Shown: positions 55,971 through 64,000 of the stretch, one piece after another
Layout: the number at the start of each line of letters is the position of its first letter
Numbering within the stretch: the first letter of the stretch is position 1
Origin: Gemmatimonadota bacterium
Lineage (GTDB): Bacteria; Gemmatimonadota; Gemmatimonadetes; Palauibacterales; KS3-K002
DNA: 64,000 bases
Reading direction: 5' to 3'
Assembly: GCA_039586795.1 (NCBI GenBank)
Contig: JBDHJS010000006.1
Coordinates: forward strand, 32,001 to 96,000
Notes under the pieces: model-generated
The model's input: the letters and a program-made list of their open reading frames with translations, nothing else
Database searches by the model: none
What the model was told of the DNA's origin: nothing
Program-made: the position numbers and the translations under genes

Positions 55971-57154
55971 ACCGCGATCTGTTCTTCCAGGCGGCTAATA
56001 CGCGCGCACTAGGACGCGATCAAGTTCCGCAGGTCTGGAGCGTCAGCCAGGTCAATACGCTGGCGCGGGAGCTGCTCGAGAGCACGCTCCCACTCTTCTG
56101 GGTGGCCGGTGAGGTATCGGGGTTCAAGCGATACCCATCCGGCCACTGCTATTTCTCGCTAAAAGACTCGGGTGCGCAGCTGAACTGCGTCATGTGGCGC
56201 GACCAGGCCCGCGGTCTGCCGGCGGAGCCGCCGGAAGGCATGGAGGTTCACGCCTTCGGCTACCTGTCGATCTACGAGCGAGCCGGTCGCTTCCAGTTCG
56301 TGGCTCGCAAGCTGACGGCGCAGGGTGAAGGGCTCTGGAGGGTGGCGTTCGAGAAGGCTCGCGAGAAGCTGGAGTCCGACGGTCTCCTCGATCCCGACCG
56401 CAAGCAACCGCTTCCGGCCTTCCCGGGTTGCGTCGGTATCGTGACCTCGTTGGAAGGCGCCGCGGTTCGCGATATCGTATCGATCATCAGGCGACGTGCT
56501 CCCTGGACCGACCTCCTCGTCTATCCGACCCGGGTGCAGGGCGACGGCGCGCCTGCCGAAATCATCAACGCCGTCCGCCGTGCATCCCAGACGACCAGGG
56601 CCGATGTGCTGATTGTCGGCCGCGGCGGAGGCTCGTTGGAGGATCTGCAGGCGTTCAACGAGGAAACGGTGGCTCGCGCCATCGCCGCTTCGCGCGTCCC
56701 GGTGATTTCGGCTGTTGGCCACGAAGCCGATGTGACCCTGTGCGACCTCGTCGCCGACCGACGCGCCGCCACGCCGTCAGCCGCCGCCGAGCTGGCCGTT
56801 CCGGACGGCGACCGGCTCCGCGACGAGCTGACCGGTCGGTCTCAGCGGATGGCGGCGGCGTTGCGCAACGGGTTGAAGCGCGGAGCGCGACGCGTCGCAA
56901 GGCTCGAGGATCGTCTGATCGCTTCGGTAACCGCATCCATCGAGCGCCGCCGCAACGTGGTCGAGGGCTTCAAACGGCGGCTCACAGCCCTGGGACCCAT
57001 GGAGGTGCTCGAGCGCGGCTACGCGGTTGCCCTGGATGCCGACGGGCGTATTCTCCGTAGTGTCGATAGCTTTCAGACCGGAAAGCGATTCACCCTCCGC
57101 ATCAAGGATGGCCAGATCATAGCTCGCGTAGAGGATGTTGGTGAAGGCTCATGA
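55967..57154 (+). CDS. xseA: Exodeoxyribonuclease VII large subunit
   Basis: SGHCYFSLKD, GAAVRDI, RGGGSLEDL..FN, SAVGHE, ATPSAAAE. Confidence 0.96.
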   Translation: MNRDLFFQAANTRALGRDQVPQVWSVSQVNTLARELLESTLPLFWVAGEVSGFKRYPSGHCYFSLKDSGAQLNCVMWRDQARGLPAEPPEGMEVHAFGYLSIYERAGRFQFVARKLTAQGEGLWRVAFEKAREKLESDGLLDPDRKQPLPAFPGCVGIVTSLEGAAVRDIVSIIRRRAPWTDLLVYPTRVQGDGAPAEIINAVRRASQTTRADVLIVGRGGGSLEDLQAFNEETVARAIAASRVPVISAVGHEADVTLCDLVADRRAATPSAAAELAVPDGDRLRDELTGRSQRMAAALRNGLKRGARRVARLEDRLIASVTASIERRRNVVEGFKRRLTALGPMEVLERGYAVALDADGRILRSVDSFQTGKRFTLRIKDGQIIARVEDVGEGS

Positions 57155-57173
57155 CCAGCAAGGCGAGAAGCGC

Positions 57174-57416
57174 GTGACCAAGAAGATCAGTTTGGGTAAG
57201 GCCCTCGATCGCCTGGAAGAGATCGTCAACAAGCTCGAGCGAGAAGAGCTCGAACTGGAGGACTCTCTACGCCTGTTCGATGAGGGTATGGAGCTGATCC
57301 GTGCCGCCGAGCACGATCTGATCGAATCGGAAGGACGGTTGAAGCAGGTGTTGGTCGATCGGAGCGGCAAGGAGCGGTTGGCGGATGTGGATCTGACTGA
57401 AGAATCCGAAGAGTAG
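57174..57416 (+). CDS. xseB: Exodeoxyribonuclease VII small subunit
   Basis: LDRLEEIVNKLE...LEDSLRLFDEGMEL. Confidence 0.9.
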   Translation: MTKKISLGKALDRLEEIVNKLEREELELEDSLRLFDEGMELIRAAEHDLIESEGRLKQVLVDRSGKERLADVDLTEESEE

Positions 57417-57422
57417 ATTGCG

Positions 57423-57486
57423 GTAAGGAGTAAGGGGTATGGACTACTTACTCCTCACCCCTCACCCTTTACCCCTCACCTCTTAG
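57423..57486. repeat. Inverted heptamer arrays (GTAAGGR / YCCTCAC)
   Basis: GTAAGGA GTAAGGG GTATGGA then TACTTAC TCCTCAC CCCTCAC CCTTTAC CCCTCAC; 9-bp stem AGGAGTAAG/CTTACTCCT. Confidence 0.8.
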
Positions 57487-57511
57487 AAAGCACGAGCAAC
57501 GCAACGAACAG

Positions 57512-58408
57512 ATGACCCTGGATCTAGCTAACTACTTGGACGAGCAAAAGGACCGCGTCAACCGCGCGCTAGCGAGTGTCCTCGACGACTACCTCGACGG
57601 CGTCGACCCCTGGCTGACCGAGCCCATCCGTTACGCCTGTGAAGGTGCGGGCAAGCGATTCCGCCCTGTACTGTTCCTCGCCTGCTACAGAATCTCGGGG
57701 CGCGAACCGAACGAGCGCGTCGAACGACTCGCCACTGCGCTGGAGATCGTTCACGCCTACTCCCTCGTTCACGACGATCTGCCGTGTATGGATGACGATG
57801 ACTGGCGCCGCGGACGGCCAACCTGCCATCGCACCTTCGGTGTTGAGCGGGCGACGATCGCCGCGGCCGCCATGGTCCCGCTGGCGGGTTGGGTCATCGC
57901 GAGCGAAGCACGGTCGCTTGGTTTTGACGCTGCCCAGTGTGCCTTGCTGGTTGAAGAGCTTTCCGACGCCGCTGGCCCCATCGGGATGGTCGGCGGGCAG
58001 GCTCTCGACCTCATTGCCGAGGGCCAGGTGGTGACCGGCGAGCAGCTGGCCGAGATCCATCAACGGAAGACCGGGGCCCTGATCCGGGTTTCGGCGCGCC
58101 TGGGTGCCCACGTCGGACGCGTCGAGCCGCATCAGCTCGATGCCATCACTCGCTACGGCGAGGAGGTGGGGCTCGCCTTCCAGATCGCGGACGATATTCT
58201 CGATGAGCAGATCGCGACCAGCGGAACGGATCCGCGGAGCGATCAGGAACTCCGCAAAGCGACGTATCCCGGCGTTCACGGCACGGAGGAAGCTCGTATC
58301 ATGGCCCGAAAGCTAGCCGAGGAGTCGATAACCACGCTTCGCGGCGCGGGCATCGCGAGCGCCGCTTTGGAGCGGCTGGCGATGCACGTGGTGGAGCGCG
58401 AAAGCTGA
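57512..58408 (+). CDS. ispA: Short-chain polyprenyl diphosphate synthase (FPP/GGPP)
   Basis: GKRFRP, YSLVHDDLPCMDDDDWRRG, GGQALD, KTGAL, FQIADDILD, KATYP. Confidence 0.93.
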   Translation: MTLDLANYLDEQKDRVNRALASVLDDYLDGVDPWLTEPIRYACEGAGKRFRPVLFLACYRISGREPNERVERLATALEIVHAYSLVHDDLPCMDDDDWRRGRPTCHRTFGVERATIAAAAMVPLAGWVIASEARSLGFDAAQCALLVEELSDAAGPIGMVGGQALDLIAEGQVVTGEQLAEIHQRKTGALIRVSARLGAHVGRVEPHQLDAITRYGEEVGLAFQIADDILDEQIATSGTDPRSDQELRKATYPGVHGTEEARIMARKLAEESITTLRGAGIASAALERLAMHVVERES

Positions 58409-58485
58409 GCCGCGCCAACCCGGAAGTCGGTACTTGTTGACGGCGCGTTGATCCTGCCTATTCATCCTCGGAGGAACCTCTTCCG

Positions 58486-59370
58486 GTGAGCCGTATGAAA
58501 CGAATAGGTGTTATAGGACACCCGGAATACACGAACGTGGCGCCCGCTCTGGAGCGGCTGTTGGAACTCACGTTGGCCCACGGTCTCGAGTTGCTGGTCG
58601 GTGAGTCCATGCAGACCGGCGTCGCGGCCAGCACCGCGAGCCTGCCTCAGGATGCCGATGCGATCGACTTGCTGGTCACCCTGGGTGGTGATGGCGCGTT
58701 GCTCGGCGGTGCCCGATGGGCCGGTCCCGCAGGCACGCCTGTCCTCGGCGTGAACCTGGGTCGGCTGGGCTTCCTCACCGCGGTCACGCTGGATCAGATA
58801 GATGACGCCATCCGCAGCATTGCGGACGGCGACTTTGTGATCGACGAACGGATGGCTCTCGAGGTTGCGGGCGAGCACGGAGGCGCGGCCGTCGAGCCGT
58901 ACTACGCTCTCAACGATGCGGTCCTTCACCGCGGAGGCTTGGTACGGGTCGTCACGCTCAAGGTGTGGGTCGACGACGAGGAGGTAGGTCTGTACAGAGG
59001 TGACGGCGTCATCGTGGCCACGCCTACGGGGTCCACCGCCTATTCGCTGTCCGCCGGTGGGCCGGTTCTCGACCCGCGGCTCGACGCGATTGTCATCACC
59101 CCGATCTGCCCCCACACCATGGCCGTTCGCCCCCTGGTACTGCGGGCCACGGCTCGCATCACCATCGAGGTCGTAGCGTCGCCGGAACACCTCATGCTCA
59201 CCATCGATGGACAGGTCGGCTCCGAGTTGAAGCCCGGCGACCGGGTCGTCGTTCGCAAGAGCGATCGGCCGGTCCGCCTCGTTCGACTGCCGGGTCAGTC
59301 CTTCCACTCACTACTGCGCCGAAAGCTCAAGTGGGGTGACGTCTCGGAGCGGGTGCAGTCGGACGATTGA
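58486..59370 (+). CDS. nadK: NAD kinase
   Basis: LGGDG, NLGRLGFL, ALND, ATPTGSTAYSLSAGGP, LRRKLKW. Confidence 0.95.
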   Translation: MSRMKRIGVIGHPEYTNVAPALERLLELTLAHGLELLVGESMQTGVAASTASLPQDADAIDLLVTLGGDGALLGGARWAGPAGTPVLGVNLGRLGFLTAVTLDQIDDAIRSIADGDFVIDERMALEVAGEHGGAAVEPYYALNDAVLHRGGLVRVVTLKVWVDDEEVGLYRGDGVIVATPTGSTAYSLSAGGPVLDPRLDAIVITPICPHTMAVRPLVLRATARITIEVVASPEHLMLTIDGQVGSELKPGDRVVVRKSDRPVRLVRLPGQSFHSLLRRKLKWGDVSERVQSDD

Positions 59371-59389
59371 TTCATCTCGTGCAATCGCC

Positions 59390-61069
59390 GTGCTGAGCGA
59401 ACTTCGAATCAAGAACTACGCGGTCATCCAGGACCTTAGCCTCCGCCTCGAACCGGGCCTCGTCGTGCTCACCGGCGAGACGGGAGCGGGGAAGTCGATC
59501 ATCGTCGGCGCCCTTTCCCTCGTGCTCGGTGAGCGCGCCACCACCGAGGTCATTCGGGCCGGCGAAGAGCGGGCGATCATCGAAGCCGCCTTCGATATCA
59601 GCCAGCGCCAAGACCTCCAGCAGCGGTGCGATGAGGCGGGAATCGAGCTGGCAGACGGCTGGCTGGTGTTGAAGCGAGAGGTGAACGCCAGCGGCCGCAG
59701 CCGCGCATGGATCAACGGTAGCCCCGCGACCGCCACTCTGACCGGCGAATTCGGCCAGGCGCTCGTCGATCTGCACGGCCAGCACGAACACCAGGCCCTC
59801 CTCCACGCCGCTCCTCAGCGCCAGATACTCGATGCTTTCGGTGGCGCAACAAAGCTGGCCGATCAGGTTCACGACACCTGGACCCGGCTCAGCGACGTGC
59901 GGCGCCGGCGCGACCGGGTGCGGGAGCAGAAAGCGCACACCGAGGAGCGGCAAGAGTTCCTGAGACATCAGGTCCAGGAAATCGACGATGCGGGCCTGGA
60001 TGCGATCGATGAAGACCTCAGAATGGCCGACGAAGAACGACGCCTGGCGCACGCCGAGGAACTGATGGAGCGTACCGAGCGATTGCACGATGCCGTCTAC
60101 GCGTCAGAGGGCTCGGCCTACGACCGTCTGGGGTCGTTGCGCCGCGAGCTCGATGCCCTCGCCAAAGTCGACCCCTCCGTCGAGGGCCAGTTCGCCGAAC
60201 TGTTCGACACGATCTACTACAATCTCCAGGAACTGGGCGAGCGACTGGCGACTTACAGGGCATCGATCGATCTCGATCCCGCTTCCCTCGATAGGGTCCG
60301 TAGCCGGATCGATACGCTCTACCGCCTCAAGTCCAAATACGGCCCCACCCTCGAGCACGTCATCGCCGCCGGCGATCAGGCCCGCAAAGAGCTGCTGACT
60401 ATGGACTCAGCGGAATTCGAGCTCGACGAGCTGGGTCGTCAGGATGCCGAGCTGACGGCCGAGCTGGAGAAGCTGGCGGCCAAACTGAGCAAAGCGCGGT
60501 CGAAGTCGGCCGACGCCCTGTCAGCCGAAGTGAACGGGATACTGCCCGAGTTGGGAATGCCCGACGGACGCTTCGAAGTCGCGCTGCTCGAGCGCCCGGC
60601 CATCGGCGCGACGGGGGCGGAAGATGTGGAGTACCGCGTTACCCTCAACAAAGGCTTCGAGCCCCGCGCCCTCGCCCGGGTCGCGTCGGGCGGAGAGCTC
60701 AGCCGGGTCATGCTGGCGCTGAAGACCATCCTCGCCCGGCTGGACAGTACTCCGACCCTCATCTTTGACGAGATCGATGCCGGGATCGGCGGGATCGTCG
60801 GTCAGAAAGTGGCCGAGCGATTGAAGATCGTGGCCGGCCACCACCAGGTCTTCGTGATCACGCACTTGCCTCAGATCGCCGCCGTGGCCGACCACCACCT
60901 TCTGGTGACTAAAGGCACGAGGGGCAAAACGACCGCGACCGCGGTCTCCGAACTTTCCGGCGATGACCGGGTCCGCGACCTCGCCCGCATGCTGGGTGGC
61001 GACCCCGATAGGGAAGAATCCCTCTCCCACGCCCGCTCCCTGATCGAAGCCCAGAACCCCTCAGGGTAA
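59390..61069 (+). CDS. recN: DNA repair protein RecN
   Basis: LTGETGAGKSI, LHGQHEHQ, ASGGELSRVML, FDEIDAGIGG, ITHLPQIAA. Confidence 0.97.
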   Translation: MLSELRIKNYAVIQDLSLRLEPGLVVLTGETGAGKSIIVGALSLVLGERATTEVIRAGEERAIIEAAFDISQRQDLQQRCDEAGIELADGWLVLKREVNASGRSRAWINGSPATATLTGEFGQALVDLHGQHEHQALLHAAPQRQILDAFGGATKLADQVHDTWTRLSDVRRRRDRVREQKAHTEERQEFLRHQVQEIDDAGLDAIDEDLRMADEERRLAHAEELMERTERLHDAVYASEGSAYDRLGSLRRELDALAKVDPSVEGQFAELFDTIYYNLQELGERLATYRASIDLDPASLDRVRSRIDTLYRLKSKYGPTLEHVIAAGDQARKELLTMDSAEFELDELGRQDAELTAELEKLAAKLSKARSKSADALSAEVNGILPELGMPDGRFEVALLERPAIGATGAEDVEYRVTLNKGFEPRALARVASGGELSRVMLALKTILARLDSTPTLIFDEIDAGIGGIVGQKVAERLKIVAGHHQVFVITHLPQIAAVADHHLLVTKGTRGKTTATAVSELSGDDRVRDLARMLGGDPDREESLSHARSLIEAQNPSG

Positions 61070-61084
61070 ACCACCCCAATACAT

Positions 61085-61171
61085 CTCGTACTCGTACTCC
61101 TATTCGTACTCGGAAGCACGCAGCGAGTACGATCACGAGTACGATCACCAGTACGAGTACGAGTACGAGCG
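61085..61171. repeat. Inverted hexamer arrays (CTCGTA)n / (CGAGTA)n between convergent genes
   Basis: CTCGTA CTCGTA CTCCTA TTCGTA CTCG then CGAGTA CGATCA CGAGTA CGATCA CCAGTA CGAGTA CGAGTA; 15-bp perfect IR 61085-61099 / 61155-61169. Confidence 0.85.
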
Positions 61172-61193
61172 GGTCTGAGATGTGGAAGGTTCG

Positions 61194-62795
61194 TTAGCGG
61201 AAAAGACCCCAGTAGAAGCGGCTGGCGATTTCCCAAGAGGAGCGTTCAGGGACGTAGCCGTTGCGGCCACTCACGACCTTCAGATAGCGGAGCTCGACCT
61301 CCATCGGCAGGCCCCGCCGTCGATCCCCCGACCAATCGGTCGTCTGGTACCGGGCGGCGAAACCCACGGAGCTGGAGTTCCACTCCGTGCCCAGTGCCAA
61401 ATCGGACGGCACGAGCGCGGCGCCAGGATCGATCGCTTCCGCCGCCGCGAAGGCGTCCAGCCCGTGCTTCTGGTAGCGGTACAGCCCGGCAAACGTGATC
61501 ACCCGGGTCAGATTGAAGCGCGGCGCCACCGCCAGCGTCAGCACGTCACCCGGATTCCACCGCACCAATGCCGTGTAGGCGCCCAGCTGGATCGGGGCGG
61601 CGGGCGTCGTAACCAGCCGCTCGATGTCAGCCTCCAGCTGGAGGTTGTAGCTGGCGTACAGCGACATCCAGAACCGGGAACCGTACGCGATGTCGAACGT
61701 GCCCCGGACCTCGATATCGGGCTGTCCCTGGCCCGTCCCCGGGTCGAAGATCCGGTTCGGCGCCGGCGGCGCACCGGTGGGGAAGCGGTACAGCGCGTCG
61801 AGCTTCAGGCGCATCGGCACCTTGGGCCTGGGATCGCGTGGCGTGGCCCGGAAGCTGTTCAGCGGCTGCAAGCTCAGGCCAAGCTCCATGTCGCCGAACT
61901 TGAGTCCGGTGTCCCGAGTCTCCGGCGCCTCGATCCCCCATTCCGGCCCCGACGTCATACCGACGGCCCTCGCGGTGTCGATCGGTGCCGCCAGGGCCAG
62001 GTCGGGGATGCTCAGGTCGAAGGAGTCGAAGCCGCTTTGCATCGAGACGTAGAGGTCAGAGAGTTCTTGCCCCGTCGATTCGATGTTCGTCGGGACGAAG
62101 GTCTCGCTGCTCAAATCGGTCAGACCCGCTTCCATCACCTGCGCCTGCGCCAGCAGCGCTTCGGCCCGCGCTTGGTCGACGGGGCCGAGCGTGTCCGCTG
62201 CGACGATCGCTTCCAAATCCGTGATCCCGGTATTCAGCCCCTGCAGGAACCCGGCGGCATCCCCTCCGAACGCGGTGATGGAATCTCCGGCGCTTCTATC
62301 GTTCAGCAACGTTCCGACAAAGCTCTTGCCCTTGACCAGCGGAACGACACCGAACACAGACAGCCAATCTGTGGCCCCGAAGCTCACGGATATCGGGACG
62401 CGGGTGTGCTCGATCAGGACGTCATAGCTGACGCGAGACAATAGACTGGGAGGCGGGGCCTCCAGTCCTAGGGCGGGGTAGAAGACGGCCAGTACCGAGT
62501 CGAGGCTCGAGAGACCCGGCTCCAGCTCTGAGTCGATGATGGCCCAGAAGGCCTCCGGAAACGTTTGTTTCTGCCCGTCCGGCGTGAATCGCGCCCTCGT
62601 CGACTGCGACCCGCCCTCGATCCCGATCTGAAACTCGCCGCCCAGTGGCTGCTGCGCGTCGATCCATTGGGCCTGTGCGGCCGAGGGGAGCAGCACCAGG
62701 GCGATCGACAGCGCCAGCCATCGATTCGCGCCCCAACTTCCCTCGTTCTGTCTTCTCGGTCCGCCTCTCACCGCAGTCTCTTTCCGTGCCGTCAT
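61194..62795 (-). CDS. Exported protein, probable outer-membrane beta-barrel
   Basis: Signal peptide AQA|Q, amphipathic beta strands, FGDMELG, YRFPTG, GTGQGQPD, terminal RFYWGLFR; start codon uncertain. Confidence 0.6.
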   Translation of the reverse strand: MTARKETAVRGGPRRQNEGSWGANRWLALSIALVLLPSAAQAQWIDAQQPLGGEFQIGIEGGSQSTRARFTPDGQKQTFPEAFWAIIDSELEPGLSSLDSVLAVFYPALGLEAPPPSLLSRVSYDVLIEHTRVPISVSFGATDWLSVFGVVPLVKGKSFVGTLLNDRSAGDSITAFGGDAAGFLQGLNTGITDLEAIVAADTLGPVDQARAEALLAQAQVMEAGLTDLSSETFVPTNIESTGQELSDLYVSMQSGFDSFDLSIPDLALAAPIDTARAVGMTSGPEWGIEAPETRDTGLKFGDMELGLSLQPLNSFRATPRDPRPKVPMRLKLDALYRFPTGAPPAPNRIFDPGTGQGQPDIEVRGTFDIAYGSRFWMSLYASYNLQLEADIERLVTTPAAPIQLGAYTALVRWNPGDVLTLAVAPRFNLTRVITFAGLYRYQKHGLDAFAAAEAIDPGAALVPSDLALGTEWNSSSVGFAARYQTTDWSGDRRRGLPMEVELRYLKVVSGRNGYVPERSSWEIASRFYWGLFR

Positions 62796-62900
62796 GGGTA
62801 AGCGTCGGCTATATTTGTGTTGCCAACGGCAGGCGGCGGTAATATGAGCACCCGATCGCTTCACGGACAGGGAGCGGAGCCCCATCGGGAAGAAGAAAGT

Positions 62901-62928
62901 TTGACAGCCGCCCGGCGTCGCCTACCTT
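62901..62928 (+). promoter_or_regulatory. Sigma-70-type promoter of tRNA-Cys
   Basis: TTGACA-N16-TACCTT, 12 nt before the tRNA. Confidence 0.65.
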
Positions 62929-62940
62929 AGTCAGAAGTCC

Positions 62941-63014
62941 GGTGCCGTAGCCAAGTGGACTAAGGCGGGGGCCTGCAAAGCCCCTATTCGTGGGTTCGAA
63001 TCCCACCGGCACCT
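62941..63014 (+). tRNA. tRNA-Cys(GCA); CCA not encoded
   Basis: GGTGCCG/CGGCACC acceptor, GGGGC-CTGCAAA-GCCCC, GTGGG-TTCGAAT-CCCAC, U73 discriminator. Confidence 0.95.
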
Positions 63015-63250
63015 CTCCCGCCCGTGCCCTGCCGGAGAGGCCTATACGAGGAGCAAGGTGCGGATTCGCGGGCCGCTACGAAACTCGTCGGAGCTCTGAA
63101 TACGGATTTTTGTTTCAGAGGAAGGGAGGAGTGTCGTAACAGGTCGGCAACCCGTTGGCAGAATGTAACTTAGCACGCAGGACTTGCTCTAAGGGGAGTA
63201 ACGGGCCAATATTGTTAGTTGACCGACCCTCGTCCCACGTCCGTCACGGG

Positions 63251-63754
63251 ATGAAACGCTGTATCCCCCGTCTGCTCGAGTGTCATCGAGGTCTGACCTT
63301 GCTCGAGCTCGTCATGGTGCTGTTCGTCCTGTCTTTGATGTTGGCACTGAGTTTCCCGCTATTTACAAGCCTGGCGGGGCGATTCAAGGTAGGTAGCGCG
63401 CGAGATGTGTTCATCAACACCTACGCGCGCACGAGGGCGGCCGCCGTGCAGTTCGGCCGGGATGCCCGGCTGAGGATAGACGCCGGCAACGATCGGTTTT
63501 GGGTGGAGGTGGATACCGGAGTACCGCCGGCGCTGGCTACGGACACCCTCGGGCCGGTCGTGGATGTGGCTCGGGATTACGGCGGCGTAACGATGTTCTC
63601 GGCGAAGCAGAAACTCTGTTTCGATGCTCGAGGTTTGACTTACTCGGGTTCAGATGGGTGCGAAACGCACGACGCTGTTATAACTTTCTCCAGATTAAGT
63701 CGTACGGACACCGTTCAGTTGTCGTTGGGTGGCACCGTCGTCAGGCGTTTCTAG
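63251..63754 (+). CDS. Type IV minor pilin, FimT/GspH-like (second cluster)
   Basis: HRG|LTLLELVMVL, RTRAAAV, LCFDARG. Confidence 0.8.
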   Translation: MKRCIPRLLECHRGLTLLELVMVLFVLSLMLALSFPLFTSLAGRFKVGSARDVFINTYARTRAAAVQFGRDARLRIDAGNDRFWVEVDTGVPPALATDTLGPVVDVARDYGGVTMFSAKQKLCFDARGLTYSGSDGCETHDAVITFSRLSRTDTVQLSLGGTVVRRF

Positions 63755-63763
63755 AGGGCCTGA

Positions 63764-64000
63764 ATGAAGAAACTGGACAACCGATCCGGATTCACGATTA
63801 CCGAGCTGCTCATCTCGGTGGTCATCATCGCCATCGGCGTGGTGGGGTTTGCCACAGCGGTGGGGGTGCAGAGCATGGAGCTCCAGATCGGCCGCCGCGA
63901 CACCAACCTCTCCATGTCCATCACTCGGAAGGTAGAGGAGTTGAAGTCTGTGCCGTACGATTCGCTGCAGACAGGCTCCGAGGTCGACGGCGACTACTCG
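63764..64000 (+). CDS. PilV-like minor pilin (3' end outside window; absent from the ORF track)
   Basis: MKKLDNRSG|FTITELLISVVIIAIG...KVEELKSVPYDSL, open to window end. Confidence 0.85.
   Translation, partial: MKKLDNRSGFTITELLISVVIIAIGVVGFATAVGVQSMELQIGRRDTNLSMSITRKVEELKSVPYDSLQTGSEVDGDYS

Noticed and set aside
61085..61171. CRISPR array or coding repeat
   Set aside because: Units are 6 nt with no unique spacers, no cas genes, and the overlapping ORFs are low-complexity artefacts
62809..63012. 67-aa minus-strand ORF MPVGFEPTN...
   Set aside because: It is the antisense reading of tRNA-Cys
63155..63190. Sigma-54 promoter or CIRCE half-site before the second pilin cluster (TTGGCA, TTAGCAC, TTGCT)
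   Set aside because: Spacing does not give GG-N10-GC and there is no matching CIRCE right arm

Overview
GC-rich bacterial chromosome segment, mostly housekeeping genes. Gene content and order suggest Gemmatimonadota or a related diderm lineage (inference only). In order: partial rluB, an SDR-like enzyme, a moxR/DUF58/bat operon, pcm, selD, a MerR-type HTH protein, trkAH, a type IV minor-pilin cluster with two tandem giant PilX-like paralogs, tRNA-Ile(CAT), secDF-tatD, mutL-miaA, bshA-uppP-nadC-coaX, groESL, a four-helix-bundle gene, two [Ser/Thr kinase -> <- outer-membrane beta-barrel] modules, a nitrilase-family hydrolase, thrS-infC-rpmI-rplT-pheST-zapB-zapA-6S RNA-rny-ymdB-folD-xseAB-ispA-nadK-recN, tRNA-Cys(GCA) and the start of a second minor-pilin cluster. 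Main signals not shown by the ORF track: (1) the four-helix-bundle gene sits inside ~93-nt inverted arms made of short tandem units, and the same arm recurs as an empty inverted pair (44575-44682) and as a lone copy (13255-13303); (2) many other spacers are inverted arrays of 6-8-nt units, some with strong codon-position-3 skew in the flanking genes; (3) selD is a selenoprotein gene (in-frame UGA plus SECIS-like hairpin); (4) the duplicated kinase/beta-barrel module may be a trans-envelope signalling system; (5) candidate RNA regulators in the thrS and infC leaders. No transposase, integrase, reverse transcriptase, rRNA or CRISPR array was seen. All family assignments come from motif recognition by eye, not database searches.
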